Part shown: positions 39,025-49,709 of the stretch, piece by piece | How the letters are laid out: every line of letters starts with the position of its first letter | Numbering within the stretch: position 1 is the first letter of the stretch | NCBI GenBank assembly: GCA_964607485.1 | Contig: CAZSKP010000009.1 | Span: 64,001 to 128,000 of the forward strand | Reading direction: 5' to 3' | From: an uncultured bacterium | GTDB lineage: Bacteria > Abyssobacteria > SURF-5 | Length of the DNA: 64,000 nucleotides | Notes under the pieces: generated by a model | Databases searched by the model: none | The model's input: the letters and a program-made list of their open reading frames with translations, nothing else | Told to the model about the DNA's origin: nothing | Program-made: the position numbers and the translations under genes

Positions 39025-41163
39025 TCACACCGTTTCGGCCGAGGTGGCACTTGCCGCCGACAGGTAGAAGCGTTCGGCATAGTCCCTCACCATGCGGTCC
39101 GCGTTGAAGCGCCACCCGAGGCTCTGCATCGCCTCCTTCATTCGCTGCACCCATCGATGCGGAATCCCGCCGCCATCCCGCTCGTAGTAAAGCGGGATCA
39201 CCTCCTTTTCGAGGGTTTCGTAAAGAAACTCGGCGTCCCGCTGATATTGTACGTTCGGATCGTTGTGCATGCCGCCATGGCCGATGGCAAAGCCGTTCTT
39301 GCCGTTGTAGGCCTCATTCCACCAGCCGTCGAGGATTGAAAGGTTCAGCCCTCCGTTGAGAACGACCTTCTCGCCGCTGGTTCCGCACGCTTCCAGCGGT
39401 CGGCGGGGATTGTTCAGCCACACATCCACTCCCTGCACGAGATGGCGGGCCACGTTGTAATCGTAGTTTTCGACGAAGACGATCCGCTTCCTGTGCGCCG
39501 GGTCGGTACAATGTCGGGCGATTCGCTGTATAATCCGCTTGCCTTCGTCGTCGCGGGGGTGGGCCTTGCCGGCAAAAACGAGCTGGATCGGTCGCTTGGC
39601 GTCCACAACCAGCTTGGCCAGACGCTCGGGCTGTGACAAAATCAGGTCACCCCGCTTGTAGGTTGCAAATCGGCGGGCGGAACCGATGGTAAGAATATCC
39701 GGGTCGAGTATCTGTTCGATTTGTTGAGCCGTTTCGCTATCTCCCAGTCGCTCCGCCTGCAGAAGCAGACGCCTGCGAACGAAGCGAATCAGCCGCATTT
39801 TCAAACTCTGCTGCGTCTCCCACAGCTCGCCGTCATCGATTTCGGCGACCTTCTCCCAGACATCCGGGTGAACCATGCGGGTCGGCCAATTCTGCGCCAG
39901 ACGGGTCTCGAACAACTGCTTCATCTGCGGCGCCAGCCATGACAGCACGTGCACGCCGTTGGTGATGTGGCCGATCGGAACCTCCACCTCGGGCCGCTCG
40001 GGCCAGAGCTGATGCCACATACGGCGGCTGATGTCGGCATGTATCGCCGAGACGGCGTTCGCCCGGCGCGAGTTCTTCAAGGCCAGGACAGTCATGCAGA
40101 AAGGTTCCGACCTGTCTCCCGGATTAACTCGCCCCTGCGCCATGAATTCATCATGGGACAACCCCAATTTCTCCCGCAAGACTCCCAGGTGCTCTTCGAC
40201 CAGGTCGGGCGAAAACCGGTCGTGCCCGGCCGACACGGGGGTGTGCGTCGTGAACACGGTGTACAGCGACACACGGCGTCGGGCCCTGTGAAACGGAAGC
40301 GAGTCGTCCTGCATCACCCGACGGATTTCCTCAAGAATGGCAAATGCGCTGTGGCCCTCGTTTAGATGCAGCACGCCGGGGAATATGTTCAGCGCCTGCA
40401 ACGCTCGCGCGCCCCCGACTCCCAGTAGCAGCTCCTGCCGGATGCGGACACGATCGTTACCCCCATAAAGCCGCGAGGTCAGTCCCCGGTCTTCGGCCGA
40501 GTTCCCCTCCACGTTGGAATCGAGCAGAAGCAAATAAACGCGACCCGCCTGCAATCGCCAGACACGAGCCTGAAGAAAACCGTCTCGCGTGTCGACTCGC
40601 ACGACCAATGGCTGCCCGTCGGCTCCCGCTACCGGTTGCAGGGGCAGTTGGTGGATATCGAGGTTAACGTACTCTTCTTCCTGCCAGCCGTCCTTGTTCA
40701 AGAGCTGACTGAAATAGCCCTGGTGATAGAGAAGCCCGATCCCTATCAAGGGAATTCCGAGGTCCGAGGCGCTCTTCAGATGGTCGCCGGCCAGAATGCC
40801 CAGGCCGCCCGAATAGATGGGTATCGATTCGTGCAGGCCGAACTCGGCAGAAAAATAGACTACCGGCCTGCTGCTCAGGTTGCCGCAATGCACGGCTCCC
40901 CACGTCTTACGCTGTTCGACATACTCGTTCAGCCGGCGGAACGCGTGGTTGATGCGGCTGTGAAGCACCAGCTCGGCAGCCCGCTCCTCGACCTGTTCCG
41001 GGGTGAGCTGGTTCAGAAACGCAATCGGATTGTGGCTCACCTGCCGCCAGAGCTGAGGGTCGAGGTCGGTGAAAAGGCTGATGACCTCCGGATGCCACGA
41101 CCACCACAGGTTCTGGGCCAGCGCGCGAAGTCGTGTGTGAAGATGATTGTTCGAATTTGCCAT
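39025..41163 (-). CDS. glgP: Alpha-glucan phosphorylase
   Basis: NLWWSW, YSGGLG.LAGD, HLNEGH, RRFATYKR and EACGTSG. Confidence 0.95.
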   Translation of the reverse strand: MANSNNHLHTRLRALAQNLWWSWHPEVISLFTDLDPQLWRQVSHNPIAFLNQLTPEQVEERAAELVLHSRINHAFRRLNEYVEQRKTWGAVHCGNLSSRPVVYFSAEFGLHESIPIYSGGLGILAGDHLKSASDLGIPLIGIGLLYHQGYFSQLLNKDGWQEEEYVNLDIHQLPLQPVAGADGQPLVVRVDTRDGFLQARVWRLQAGRVYLLLLDSNVEGNSAEDRGLTSRLYGGNDRVRIRQELLLGVGGARALQALNIFPGVLHLNEGHSAFAILEEIRRVMQDDSLPFHRARRRVSLYTVFTTHTPVSAGHDRFSPDLVEEHLGVLREKLGLSHDEFMAQGRVNPGDRSEPFCMTVLALKNSRRANAVSAIHADISRRMWHQLWPERPEVEVPIGHITNGVHVLSWLAPQMKQLFETRLAQNWPTRMVHPDVWEKVAEIDDGELWETQQSLKMRLIRFVRRRLLLQAERLGDSETAQQIEQILDPDILTIGSARRFATYKRGDLILSQPERLAKLVVDAKRPIQLVFAGKAHPRDDEGKRIIQRIARHCTDPAHRKRIVFVENYDYNVARHLVQGVDVWLNNPRRPLEACGTSGEKVVLNGGLNLSILDGWWNEAYNGKNGFAIGHGGMHNDPNVQYQRDAEFLYETLEKEVIPLYYERDGGGIPHRWVQRMKEAMQSLGWRFNADRMVRDYAERFYLSAASATSAETV

Positions 41164-41239
41164 AGGGAAATTTCTCCGCTCTCCTCCTCCAGATTACCGG
41201 ACCCCTGCCTTTCGCCATCCCCCCGTCTCGACGGAGCCA

Positions 41240-41794
41240 TCATTGTATCTGAATGTTCTCGTCAATCGGGATGTCCACCCTCGTCACTCCACGGTCCCAG
41301 TTCTTCTTCGACATTATCAAGCCGCTTCTTTCCAACACGGCGAACATCCGGGTGTTTTCGTTCATGATGTAGCCTATGATAACGCGGACGCCCTGGAGCT
41401 TGGCCACGTGAGCGAGATGCCGAAGCACTTCCGTGCCGATTCCGCGTCCCTGGTGGGCATCCTGGACGACAATGGCAAACTCGGCGGTGTCGGCCTCTTT
41501 TTCGTCCATCGTGTAGCGCCCTACTGCCACCATCCTGTCCCTGCCGTGCTCGCTCAGGAGCGCCACGATGGCCATCTGCTTGTCGTAATCTATGTGCGTG
41601 AACTTCTCGAGCTGTTCCTTGGGCATGTATTTCAACGTGGAAAAGAACCGCAGATGAATCGTCTCTTTCGAAAGCGAGTTGAAGAGCTCGACCATGAGCG
41701 TGTCGTCCGTCGGCTTGATGGGCCGGAAGAATATCTGCGTTCCGTCGGCGAGTTCGACGGTCTTGCTGTATTGCTCCGGATAGGTCGAGTGCAT
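41240..41794 (-). CDS. Stand-alone GNAT acetyltransferase (Pat-like GNAT domain)
   Basis: RPIKPTD, LRFF, HIDY and AEFAIVV.D.HQGRGIG. Confidence 0.85.
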   Translation of the reverse strand: MHSTYPEQYSKTVELADGTQIFFRPIKPTDDTLMVELFNSLSKETIHLRFFSTLKYMPKEQLEKFTHIDYDKQMAIVALLSEHGRDRMVAVGRYTMDEKEADTAEFAIVVQDAHQGRGIGTEVLRHLAHVAKLQGVRVIIGYIMNENTRMFAVLERSGLIMSKKNWDRGVTRVDIPIDENIQIQ

Positions 41795-41796
41795 CG

Positions 41797-42411
41797 CTAC
41801 GGACTCCCCCAGGGCGCGCGGCTGCCGGGTTTGGAGAGCGGAACGCCACGCCGGCAGAGCGGGCACGTGTCCTTTTGAAATGTCTCCACCTGCACCCGCG
41901 CCAGAGGCTTGAAAGGGACGCCGAATTCGACATTGCCGCCGCTTCGGTCGATTACCGCCCCGACGCCGACGACGACCGCCCGCATTCGACCCATGGCCTC
42001 AATGACTTCCTGAGCGGACCCTCCGGTGGTTGTCACGTCCTCGACCACGAGCACGCGTTCGCCCTCGCTCACGCTGAAGCCTCGTCTGAGCGTCATCGAG
42101 CCCGATTCGCGCTCGGTGAACACCGCCCTCACGCCGAGAGCCCGGGCGACCTCATGGGCAACGACTATGCCGCCGATGGCCGGGCCGATGACGCAGTCGA
42201 TCTTCGACTTGGCAAATTTCCCGGCTATTGCCGAGCCGATGCGCTGGGCGAGTTTTGGATGTTGCAGCACCAACGCGCACTGCAGATACTTCTCGCTGTG
42301 GCGGCCCGATGAGAGCTGGAAGTGGCCGGAGAGCAGCGCCCCCCTTTGCTCGAACATCTCAAGCAATTCTTTTGGGGACAGTTTTTCCGGTTTCGATTGC
42401 TTCGCAGACAC
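41797..42411 (-). CDS. pyrE: Orotate phosphoribosyltransferase
   Basis: GHFQLSSGRHS and VVEDVTTTGGS. Confidence 0.95.
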   Translation of the reverse strand: MSAKQSKPEKLSPKELLEMFEQRGALLSGHFQLSSGRHSEKYLQCALVLQHPKLAQRIGSAIAGKFAKSKIDCVIGPAIGGIVVAHEVARALGVRAVFTERESGSMTLRRGFSVSEGERVLVVEDVTTTGGSAQEVIEAMGRMRAVVVGVGAVIDRSGGNVEFGVPFKPLARVQVETFQKDTCPLCRRGVPLSKPGSRAPWGSP

Positions 42412-42425
42412 GGGATCCCGCTCCT

Positions 42426-43151
42426 TCAGCCGATTTCGGCAAGAACTTTCTCGGCGGCCTCAACCGGGTCCTTCGCCTTGGTGATCGGCCGCCCCACGAC
42501 TATCCTGTCGGCGCCCATCCTGAGCGCCTCCGAGGGTGTCGCCACTCTCTTCTGGTCGTCGCGTGACGCCCAGGCCGGTCGCACGCCTGGCGTGACTATG
42601 TGAAATCCGTCGCCGCAGGCGGCTCGCACGGCCTCTACCTCCCTGGGCGAAGCCACGACTCCGTTCAGTCCCGCCTCTTTCGCCTGCCGCGCCTTCGCGG
42701 CGACGAACGCGCCGATGCCCCCGCCGACCGACAGCCCTATCTCCCGTTCGAGGGTCTCGCGGTCGAGGCTCGTGAGCACCGTAACGGCCAACACCGTGGG
42801 AGGCGCGACGCCGAGTTTCTGCGCAGCCTGAGCGGTTGCCTCGGCCGCGGCGCGCATCATCGCGCTCCCGCCGAGGGCGTGCAGGTTGAACATATCGGCT
42901 CCCAGCTTCACCGCCGCCTCGGCGGCCCCGGCGACCGTATTCGGGATGTCGTGAAATTTCAAGTCCAGAAACACCGACTTGCCGGCGGATTTCAAGCGCC
43001 TGACGACGTCCGGCCCGGCGGCTGAGAACAGCTCCAGCCCGACTTTGTAAAAGGAAATGGTGTCGCCCATCTTCTCGACGAATCTGAGCGCTTCGTCGGC
43101 AGAAGGGAGGTCAAGAGCAACAATCAGTCGTTCTCTGGGGGCCAGCTTCAT
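42426..43151 (-). CDS. pyrF: Orotidine-5'-phosphate decarboxylase
   Basis: [22 protein letters not shown] and VGRPIT. Confidence 0.96.
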   Translation of the reverse strand: MKLAPRERLIVALDLPSADEALRFVEKMGDTISFYKVGLELFSAAGPDVVRRLKSAGKSVFLDLKFHDIPNTVAGAAEAAVKLGADMFNLHALGGSAMMRAAAEATAQAAQKLGVAPPTVLAVTVLTSLDRETLEREIGLSVGGGIGAFVAAKARQAKEAGLNGVVASPREVEAVRAACGDGFHIVTPGVRPAWASRDDQKRVATPSEALRMGADRIVVGRPITKAKDPVEAAEKVLAEIG

Positions 43152-44073
43152 CGGTGACGAGGCTTCCTATGAGTTGATACACATCGCGCATCTTCTTTTC
43201 GACCAGGTAGCGTTCGATTCCCTCGATAATCTCGATTGTGACTTTCGGGTTTATGAAGTTGGCGGTTCCGACGGAAACGGCGGTCGCGCCCGCTATGAGG
43301 AATTCCACCGCATCCTGCCAGCAGGAGATGCCGCCGATGCCTATGACGGGGATTTTGACGGCGCGCGCCGCCTGCCACACCATCCTGAGCGCCACGGGCT
43401 TTATGGCTGGGCCCGACAGCCCGCCGGTGATGTTGGCCAGCACCGGCCTGCGGGTATCTATGTCGATCGCCATACCCGTGAGCGTGTTTATGAGGGAGAC
43501 CGCGTCGGCACCACCGCGTTCGACGGCGAGCGCGATTGCGGTGATGTCGGTCACATTGGGCGTCAGCTTGACGATGAGCGGCTTGTTCGGAGCCGCCCGC
43601 TTGACTGCCTGGGTCACCTCGGCCGACAGATTTGGGTTCTGCCCGAACGAGATTCCGCCCTGCTTGATGTTCGGGCAAGAGATGTTCAGCTCCAGCCCGG
43701 CGACCCCGTCCTGCTCGTTCAGCTTTTTCGCGACCGCGACGTATTCGTCTATCTCGCGTCCCACAATGTTCACGATGGCCGCCGTGTCGAGCTTGCGAAT
43801 TCGAGGGAGCTTGTCCTTTATGAAGGCATCGATGCCGACGTTTTGGAGGCCTATCGAGTTGAGCATTCCCGCGCGGGTCTCGACGATGCGGGCCGGCCGA
43901 TTGCCGGGCCAGGGCCTGCTCGAAACGCCCTTCGTGACGAACGCGCCCAGGCGCGAGAGGTCGATGAACCGCGAGAATTCGAGCCCGTAGCCGAACGTGC
44001 CCGAGGCGGCCATGACGGGATTCTTCATGTCGATGCCGCCGACATTCACGGCGAGGCTGGGACGATTACGCAT
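43111..44073 (-). CDS. pyrD: Dihydroorotate dehydrogenase, family 1B catalytic subunit
   Basis: ASGTFG, NSIGLQN, NISCPN, KLTPN and GGLSG. Confidence 0.96.
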   Translation of the reverse strand: MRNRPSLAVNVGGIDMKNPVMAASGTFGYGLEFSRFIDLSRLGAFVTKGVSSRPWPGNRPARIVETRAGMLNSIGLQNVGIDAFIKDKLPRIRKLDTAAIVNIVGREIDEYVAVAKKLNEQDGVAGLELNISCPNIKQGGISFGQNPNLSAEVTQAVKRAAPNKPLIVKLTPNVTDITAIALAVERGGADAVSLINTLTGMAIDIDTRRPVLANITGGLSGPAIKPVALRMVWQAARAVKIPVIGIGGISCWQDAVEFLIAGATAVSVGTANFINPKVTIEIIEGIERYLVEKKMRDVYQLIGSLVTDEAGPQRTTDCCS

Positions 44074-45487
44074 GCCACATCACCGTCCTGACGTCGAAGG
44101 CGGGGCCCTCGGAACAGATGCGGGTGAACCGGGCCCGCTGGCCGGGCTCCTTGACCGCGCACACGCAGGAAATGCACGCGCCGAATCCGCACGCCATTCT
44201 TTCCTCCAGCAGCACCTCGCACGGGAGGTCGTAACGACTCGCAATTCCGCTCAGCGCGGCCAGCATCGACCTGGGACCGCAGGCGAATATCTTTGTGGCA
44301 GTCGAAGCCTTCCATTCTTTTTCGAGGTACTCGACGAGAGCTTCGGTCACCAGGCCGCGGCGTCCCGCGCTGCCGTCGTCGGTGCAGACGACGGGCGAAA
44401 GCCCCATCCGCTCGAATCTCGCGATCCTCTGCTCCGGCTCGCCCCGGGTGCGGAACGGAATCCTCGATTTGGTGATTGCGCCCAGGAACAGTTTCACCCT
44501 GACGCCGTTGCGCACGAGTTCCTCGGCGAGAAACAGGAGCGGCGGCGAGCCTATTCCCCCGCCAACGAGCAGCGCGACCTCGGGCAACGGAGCGATCGTG
44601 AAGCCTTTGCCAAGCGGGCCGACGACGTCGATCGCATCGTCCGCCGCGTATCGAGCGAGAGCCTCGGTACCGGAGCCGCCCGGCAGCCGGCGATAGATTA
44701 TTTCAAATTCCGATTCCACCCAATTGACGAGATACATCCATCCCGCGCCGAGCCGACGCGTGTCTTCCAGTCTGCGCCACGGTGACGGCGGCCCGTAGGA
44801 GGCTATGCTGAACGGTCGGCGCAGGAACGGGCGTCTGTCGAGCAGCTCTATCCCGCGCATCTTCGGCCACCGTCCGCCCGTGTATGAGACGCATCGATAC
44901 TTGGGGCTCTGAGCGTGCGGAGCCGGGTCGCACATCACCTGCAGGAACTGTCCGGGGGCGGGTTTTGGGACGAGACCGGCCCGTATGCGAAGCGAGAAAT
45001 GGTCTTTGACGAACTGATGATTCTTCCGGACCAGGCCTTTGAAATGAAAATCGGGAAACGGAATCGATACGGAGGGCAGTTCTCGCGTCAGCTCGCGCGC
45101 CTCGTCCTTGCCGACAAGAGCCGAACTCGCCGTCAGAAAATCGATGCACTGCGAGGGATCGATGACGCCGAGGTTGCCCGCTGAATCCGCGCACACAATC
45201 GCCTCTGTCGCAAAGCCCAGGTCCGGTTCTAGATGCCCGAGCAACGAACGCCCCGGCAAAACGTAGAATTTCCAGAGCGGCCTCCTGCCCTCCAGCCATG
45301 CGAGGTCCGGCTCCGGGACAAACCCGCGGCGTCTTTCCCTTCCCCGCTTCTCCCGCGCCGGAGTTGCTGTCTGCAACCCATTCTCTTGGGCGTAACGGGA
45401 AAGCAGGCGGATGAGTGCGAAGCGGAGTTGCCCACGCGTGGGGTTCACACTGACTCTTGTCACTTCAACGGAACCGCCTTCGTTCAA
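44066..45487 (-). CDS. pyrK: Dihydroorotate dehydrogenase electron-transfer subunit with a long N-terminal extension
   Basis: PGQF, LRRPFS, GPLGKGF, GGGIG, CGP and [11 protein letters not shown]...C.EGP; start uncertain. Confidence 0.85.
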   Translation of the reverse strand: MNEGGSVEVTRVSVNPTRGQLRFALIRLLSRYAQENGLQTATPAREKRGRERRRGFVPEPDLAWLEGRRPLWKFYVLPGRSLLGHLEPDLGFATEAIVCADSAGNLGVIDPSQCIDFLTASSALVGKDEARELTRELPSVSIPFPDFHFKGLVRKNHQFVKDHFSLRIRAGLVPKPAPGQFLQVMCDPAPHAQSPKYRCVSYTGGRWPKMRGIELLDRRPFLRRPFSIASYGPPSPWRRLEDTRRLGAGWMYLVNWVESEFEIIYRRLPGGSGTEALARYAADDAIDVVGPLGKGFTIAPLPEVALLVGGGIGSPPLLFLAEELVRNGVRVKLFLGAITKSRIPFRTRGEPEQRIARFERMGLSPVVCTDDGSAGRRGLVTEALVEYLEKEWKASTATKIFACGPRSMLAALSGIASRYDLPCEVLLEERMACGFGACISCVCAVKEPGQRARFTRICSEGPAFDVRTVMWHA

Positions 45488-46569
45488 CGGAGGTCGAAAA
45501 TGAGTTGGTTGCGGAGCAGCTTGAGGCCTTCTTTGAGCTTTTCGGCCCTGACGTCGCCCATCCCCTCGACCGCGATCAGCTTATCCCGAGGGGCCTGCAC
45601 TATGGCGCGAAGGTTGCTGAACGTGTTCACCAGATTCTCTATGACCGGGCGGGGAAGCCGGTGAGTTTTCGCAAGAATACGATACCCCCGCGGGATGAGA
45701 TAATCGTCCACGGCGCTGATGTTGAGGCCGTAACCGAGCGCATTGGAGATGTTGCCGAGATTCAGAAGCTCCATCGAGGAGAATTTACTGAGCCGGCTGA
45801 GCACTTCCTTCTCGCCGTGAATTTCCTTGTCGCGATAGTAGTCGCGGATGACCATCAACCCCTCGTTGACGCTCTCTTCGAGCTCCCGCAGCTGCATTTC
45901 CAGCAGTCGTCCTTCGATGCCGAGCTCGACGATGTAATACTCTATTTCCTTAACGATTCTCAGCACCTTCTCCATGTGCTGCACGGTGCGGGCAACATCG
46001 TAAATGGTGACCAGGTCTTCGAGTTCGCGCACGCTGAGTTCGACGAGCAGACGGTCGAGTGTCGTCTTGTATTTCTCCAACGTCTGGAGCGCCTGGCTCG
46101 CTTTGTTGAGGAGCGTGGCTATGTTGTCCATCACGTGTTTTATCTCGCCCACATAGACGGTGACGGTGGACCGCCGCTGTGAGATGGCTATGGCGATCTC
46201 TCCCGTCTGATTGGCGAGCCTCTGCGCCGCGCGGTGGCGGGTGCCCGTCTCCTCCGAATAGATTGTCTCATCGGGCACGAGGAACGTGTTCGCCGATATT
46301 ATCCGTGTAACGTCCTTATCGACGAATATGGCGCCGTCCATCTTGGCCAATTCATACAGCAGCGTCGGTTGAAACGGACAGTTGATCTTGACGCCGCCCT
46401 CGGCCAGGGCCCTCACCTTCGGGTTGCTGCTGATGACAATCAGCCCGCCCGTGCCCCCCTGGATTATGTACGACAACCCTTCGCGCAACGGCGTGCCGGG
46501 AGCTATCTTGCGGAGCGCGTCGAGAAATTTCTTGTCTTCGTACAGACTCGTTTTGTCAACGGGAGCCAT
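45484..46569 (-). CDS. disA: DNA integrity scanning diadenylate cyclase
   Basis: APGTPLREG, KMDGA, GTRHRAA, linker and C-terminal HhH (VEGMGDVRA). Confidence 0.93.
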   Translation of the reverse strand: MAPVDKTSLYEDKKFLDALRKIAPGTPLREGLSYIIQGGTGGLIVISSNPKVRALAEGGVKINCPFQPTLLYELAKMDGAIFVDKDVTRIISANTFLVPDETIYSEETGTRHRAAQRLANQTGEIAIAISQRRSTVTVYVGEIKHVMDNIATLLNKASQALQTLEKYKTTLDRLLVELSVRELEDLVTIYDVARTVQHMEKVLRIVKEIEYYIVELGIEGRLLEMQLRELEESVNEGLMVIRDYYRDKEIHGEKEVLSRLSKFSSMELLNLGNISNALGYGLNISAVDDYLIPRGYRILAKTHRLPRPVIENLVNTFSNLRAIVQAPRDKLIAVEGMGDVRAEKLKEGLKLLRNQLIFDLR

Positions 46570-46610
46570 GTGGTTTCCCTACTCCTGCATAACTCCGGGA
46601 TTGAGATTTA

Positions 46611-47861
46611 TTAAAACGACTCCAGAGCGACCATCTCGTCAAGCGTCTGCCGGCGGCGGATAATCCGCGTCTCCGTCCCATCGACCATTACCTCGGCGAT
46701 GAGCGGCCGCGAGTTGTAATTCGACGACATGGCCGACCCGTATGCGCCGGCGCTCATCACGGCGATCAGCTCGCCCGACCTGAGTTCAGGAAGCTCGCGC
46801 CCGCGTGCGAAGAAGTCGGTGGACTCGCATATGCCGCCGACAACGTCGGCCACCATTGTTCCCGCCCCGTCTTCATGGCGCTCCTCGACGGGAATGATGC
46901 GGTGATAGGCTCCATACACGCTCGGCCTGATAAGGTCGTTCATCGCGGCGTCGACGACGACAAAATTCTTTCCTGCCGACGCCTTCACATGCAGCACTCG
47001 CGCGACGAGTATCCCCGCATTGCCGACGATGACCCTGCCGGGCTCGACGATGAGCGTAAGGCCCGAACCCTCTACATGAGGCCGGATGGCGCTCACGTAT
47101 TCCTCGAACGACGGCGGCGTCTCCTCGCTGTACGTGATGCCGATGCCGCCTCCCATATCGACGTACCGAAGCTGCAGGCCTATTCGCTTGAGCTCCACGA
47201 CCAGCAGCATCATTCGTTCCAAGCCTTCGACAAAGGGGGACAATTCCACGATCTGCGAGCCAATGTGGTTATGAATCCCCACGACCTCGATATTCGGCAT
47301 CGCGCTTGCCTCTTTGTACAGGTCGAGCGCATTTTCGATAGCGATGCCGAACTTGTTTTCCTTCAGGCCGGTGGAGATATAGGGATGCGTGCGCGGGTCG
47401 ATGTCGGGATTGACCCTGAGGGCGACGCGCGCCGTGCGCCCTTTTTCCGCAGCGATGCGATTCAGCAGATTGAGCTCGCTCTCGGAGTCGATGTTGAACA
47501 TGAGAATATCGTAATCGAGCGCGGCGCGGAGTTCTTCCGCCGTCTTGCCGTTGCCGTTGAAGACTATCTTCTCGGGCGGAATCTCCACCCGAGCGGCCCG
47601 GTGAAGCTCGCCGCCCGATACAATCTCGGCTCCCGAACCCGCATCGGCCATGACTTTACAGATTGCCAGCGACGGATTCGCCTTGATCGCATAGCATATG
47701 ATGTGGTCGATGCCGGCGAGAGATTCCTCAAGCCTTTGATAGTGGCGCAACAAGGTGTTCTTGCTGTATAGATAGAAAGGAGTGCCCACCTTTTCCGTTA
47801 TCTGCGGAATCGGAACGTCCTCACAGAAGAGAGTTCCATTTTTGTAATTGAACAGATGCAT
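46611..47861 (-). CDS. lysA: Diaminopimelate decarboxylase
   Basis: YAIKAN, HIGSQ, EPGR, CESTD and GAYG..MSSNYN. Confidence 0.96.
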   Translation of the reverse strand: MHLFNYKNGTLFCEDVPIPQITEKVGTPFYLYSKNTLLRHYQRLEESLAGIDHIICYAIKANPSLAICKVMADAGSGAEIVSGGELHRAARVEIPPEKIVFNGNGKTAEELRAALDYDILMFNIDSESELNLLNRIAAEKGRTARVALRVNPDIDPRTHPYISTGLKENKFGIAIENALDLYKEASAMPNIEVVGIHNHIGSQIVELSPFVEGLERMMLLVVELKRIGLQLRYVDMGGGIGITYSEETPPSFEEYVSAIRPHVEGSGLTLIVEPGRVIVGNAGILVARVLHVKASAGKNFVVVDAAMNDLIRPSVYGAYHRIIPVEERHEDGAGTMVADVVGGICESTDFFARGRELPELRSGELIAVMSAGAYGSAMSSNYNSRPLIAEVMVDGTETRIIRRRQTLDEMVALESF

Positions 47862-47963
47862 CCAGGCGCCTTCGCGTTAACTATTTTGCTATCAACAGAT
47901 TACACTTATCCATTCACAGCGGGAAAACCTTTCCCGCAGTTATCCTAACTCCTTTGGGCATTT

Positions 47964-47993
47964 ATACTAACATAAGTTTGAGGACTGTGTCAA
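47964..47993 (-). promoter_or_regulatory. Sigma70-type promoter for the lysA operon
   Basis: TTGACA-N18-TAGTAT with an extended TG. Confidence 0.55.
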
Positions 47994-48183
47994 TCAGAAA
48001 TTTGCCGCGCCTCCCCGCACACGCATAGTAGCGGAAAAAAGCGCCAGCTCAAGCCCGAGCGCTATAATATCGGTTGCACCAGTCTCGCTCTCACTGGTCG
48101 GGACAGGCGAACTTCCTCTGCCCCTGGCTTTAAGAAACGTCTTGTCGGCCTGCACATCGCGGGCCTTCATCCGAATGACCGCG

Positions 48184-48212
48184 TTGACTCGGGCGTCGGG
48201 TTTTGTTAAACT
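48184..48212 (+). promoter_or_regulatory. Sigma70-type promoter for the 48335 gene cluster
   Basis: TTGACT-N17-TAAACT with an extended TG. Confidence 0.55.
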
Positions 48213-48334
48213 AAGAAGGTTTTTCCGCTCCACCGCTCCATTGACAGGTTGTGAGCAATCTGGATTGAAGAGCCGCGTTCGAGTCACCGGAGGTATGGCT
48301 AAGCTTTCGGCTCGTCTGTCAAAGTGAACTCTAC

Positions 48335-48880
48335 TTGAGGAAAGCGGTCTTGCTCGACCCCATTCTCCAGAGTGAATTAAGGAAAGCGAACAGAACGGTC
48401 TTGCTCCTGCATATCTCCCTCCTGGCCGAGCCGTTCATTTACGTGATAGTCGCGCTGGCGCTCAAGCAAGCGGCCGGCTTTGAAGGGATGGAAGGCTCAC
48501 AGTCGGTCATTCCGCTGCTCCGCTCGATCTTCCTGTTGGTCTCGGCGCTGGTGGTTCTCAGTGTAATTTTCTTGCGAAGGGTGTTGTTCGCGCCGGAGAG
48601 ATTGGTTCCGGCCGGGGCCGACGTGGAGAAGATCGCGATGGGTTACTCCCGCGCACAGACGATCGTTGACGCTCTCGCCACCGTGCCGGCGACATTGGGT
48701 TTCGTCTTGTTCGTGCTCGGTGATAGCCTGGAATTTCTTGTTGTGCTCTCAGCGGTCAGCATCGCCATGCTCGTCTTTCTTTTCCCTCGGTACGAGACAC
48801 TGGAAGGGGTGGCTGTATCGAGAATCCTTCAAGGCGAAACGATACAACCGGCGGGCAGGGGGTTTGGCGGAAATGCCTGA
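48335..48880 (+). CDS. Hypothetical membrane protein (about 4 TM)
   Basis: Four hydrophobic segments; overlaps the next gene. Confidence 0.75.
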   Translation: MRKAVLLDPILQSELRKANRTVLLLHISLLAEPFIYVIVALALKQAAGFEGMEGSQSVIPLLRSIFLLVSALVVLSVIFLRRVLFAPERLVPAGADVEKIAMGYSRAQTIVDALATVPATLGFVLFVLGDSLEFLVVLSAVSIAMLVFLFPRYETLEGVAVSRILQGETIQPAGRGFGGNA

Positions 48881-49592
48881 CGCGAAATATGAGGTCGTTT
48901 TCATGGACGCCGGATACACGCTTTTCACGGCGAACCCTTCGCCCTCAAAGATGTACCATCAGGTCTGCACGCGTCACGGCGTCGAGCTCACACTCGAGAA
49001 GGTGGTCGCGGCCATGCGCCAAGTCTGGGTCGAACGGGTGATTCCCGAGATGAGCGATTCCAACGCCGACTTCTCCTGCTCCGACGAAGAGGACCGCCGA
49101 TGGTGGTGGAACTATGACAGCGAGGTGTTCAGACGCCTTGGCGTTCCACAGGAGAAGCGCGAGGAGATTTTCGATGAGATATATGAGTCCTTCGCAGAGC
49201 CCTCGGCCTGGGAACTCTATCCCGATACGCTTGAATCGCTCGAAACACTGAAATCAAGCCAGTTCTCGCTGGCGATAGTTTCCAACTGGAATTCCAGTCT
49301 TGAGAGGATTGTAGGCGAACTCAACATATCCGGCTATTTCGATTTCGTGCTGGCATCGGCCGAGGCCGGCTGGAAGAAGCCGTCGCCGAGAATTTTTCAG
49401 CTCGCTCTCAAACGCGCCGGCGTCGAGCCGTCTCGCGTGGTTCACATAGGCGACACGTACCAGACTGATGTATTGGGAGCGAGAAGAGCGGGCATCAGGG
49501 GAATCATGCTCGACCGGCGCGGGGGCGCTCATCACGACCACGAGGTGATAACCCGCTTGTCGGAATTGTATCCCCTCCTGGCCCGTGAGTAG
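48873..49592 (+). CDS. HAD-IA family hydrolase (REG-2/HDHD3-like)
   Basis: DAGYTL, SNW, KP and HIGD...DV.GA. Confidence 0.9.
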   Translation: MPDAKYEVVFMDAGYTLFTANPSPSKMYHQVCTRHGVELTLEKVVAAMRQVWVERVIPEMSDSNADFSCSDEEDRRWWWNYDSEVFRRLGVPQEKREEIFDEIYESFAEPSAWELYPDTLESLETLKSSQFSLAIVSNWNSSLERIVGELNISGYFDFVLASAEAGWKKPSPRIFQLALKRAGVEPSRVVHIGDTYQTDVLGARRAGIRGIMLDRRGGAHHDHEVITRLSELYPLLARE

Positions 49593-49709
49593 GCGGGCAG
49601 GGGAACCTTGGACCGCAAGGAAGCGGCCGCGCGGGTACGAAACTATGGCCCGTATGTACAGGAATCGCACGGTAACGCTTGGCTGCCGATTCCACCGACG
49701 GGGAGATAG

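Noticed and set aside
47862-48334. Lysine riboswitch or other ncRNA upstream of lysA
   Set aside because: The predicted leader is only about 95 nt with one small hairpin and no recognisable L-box; an Rfam scan would settle it
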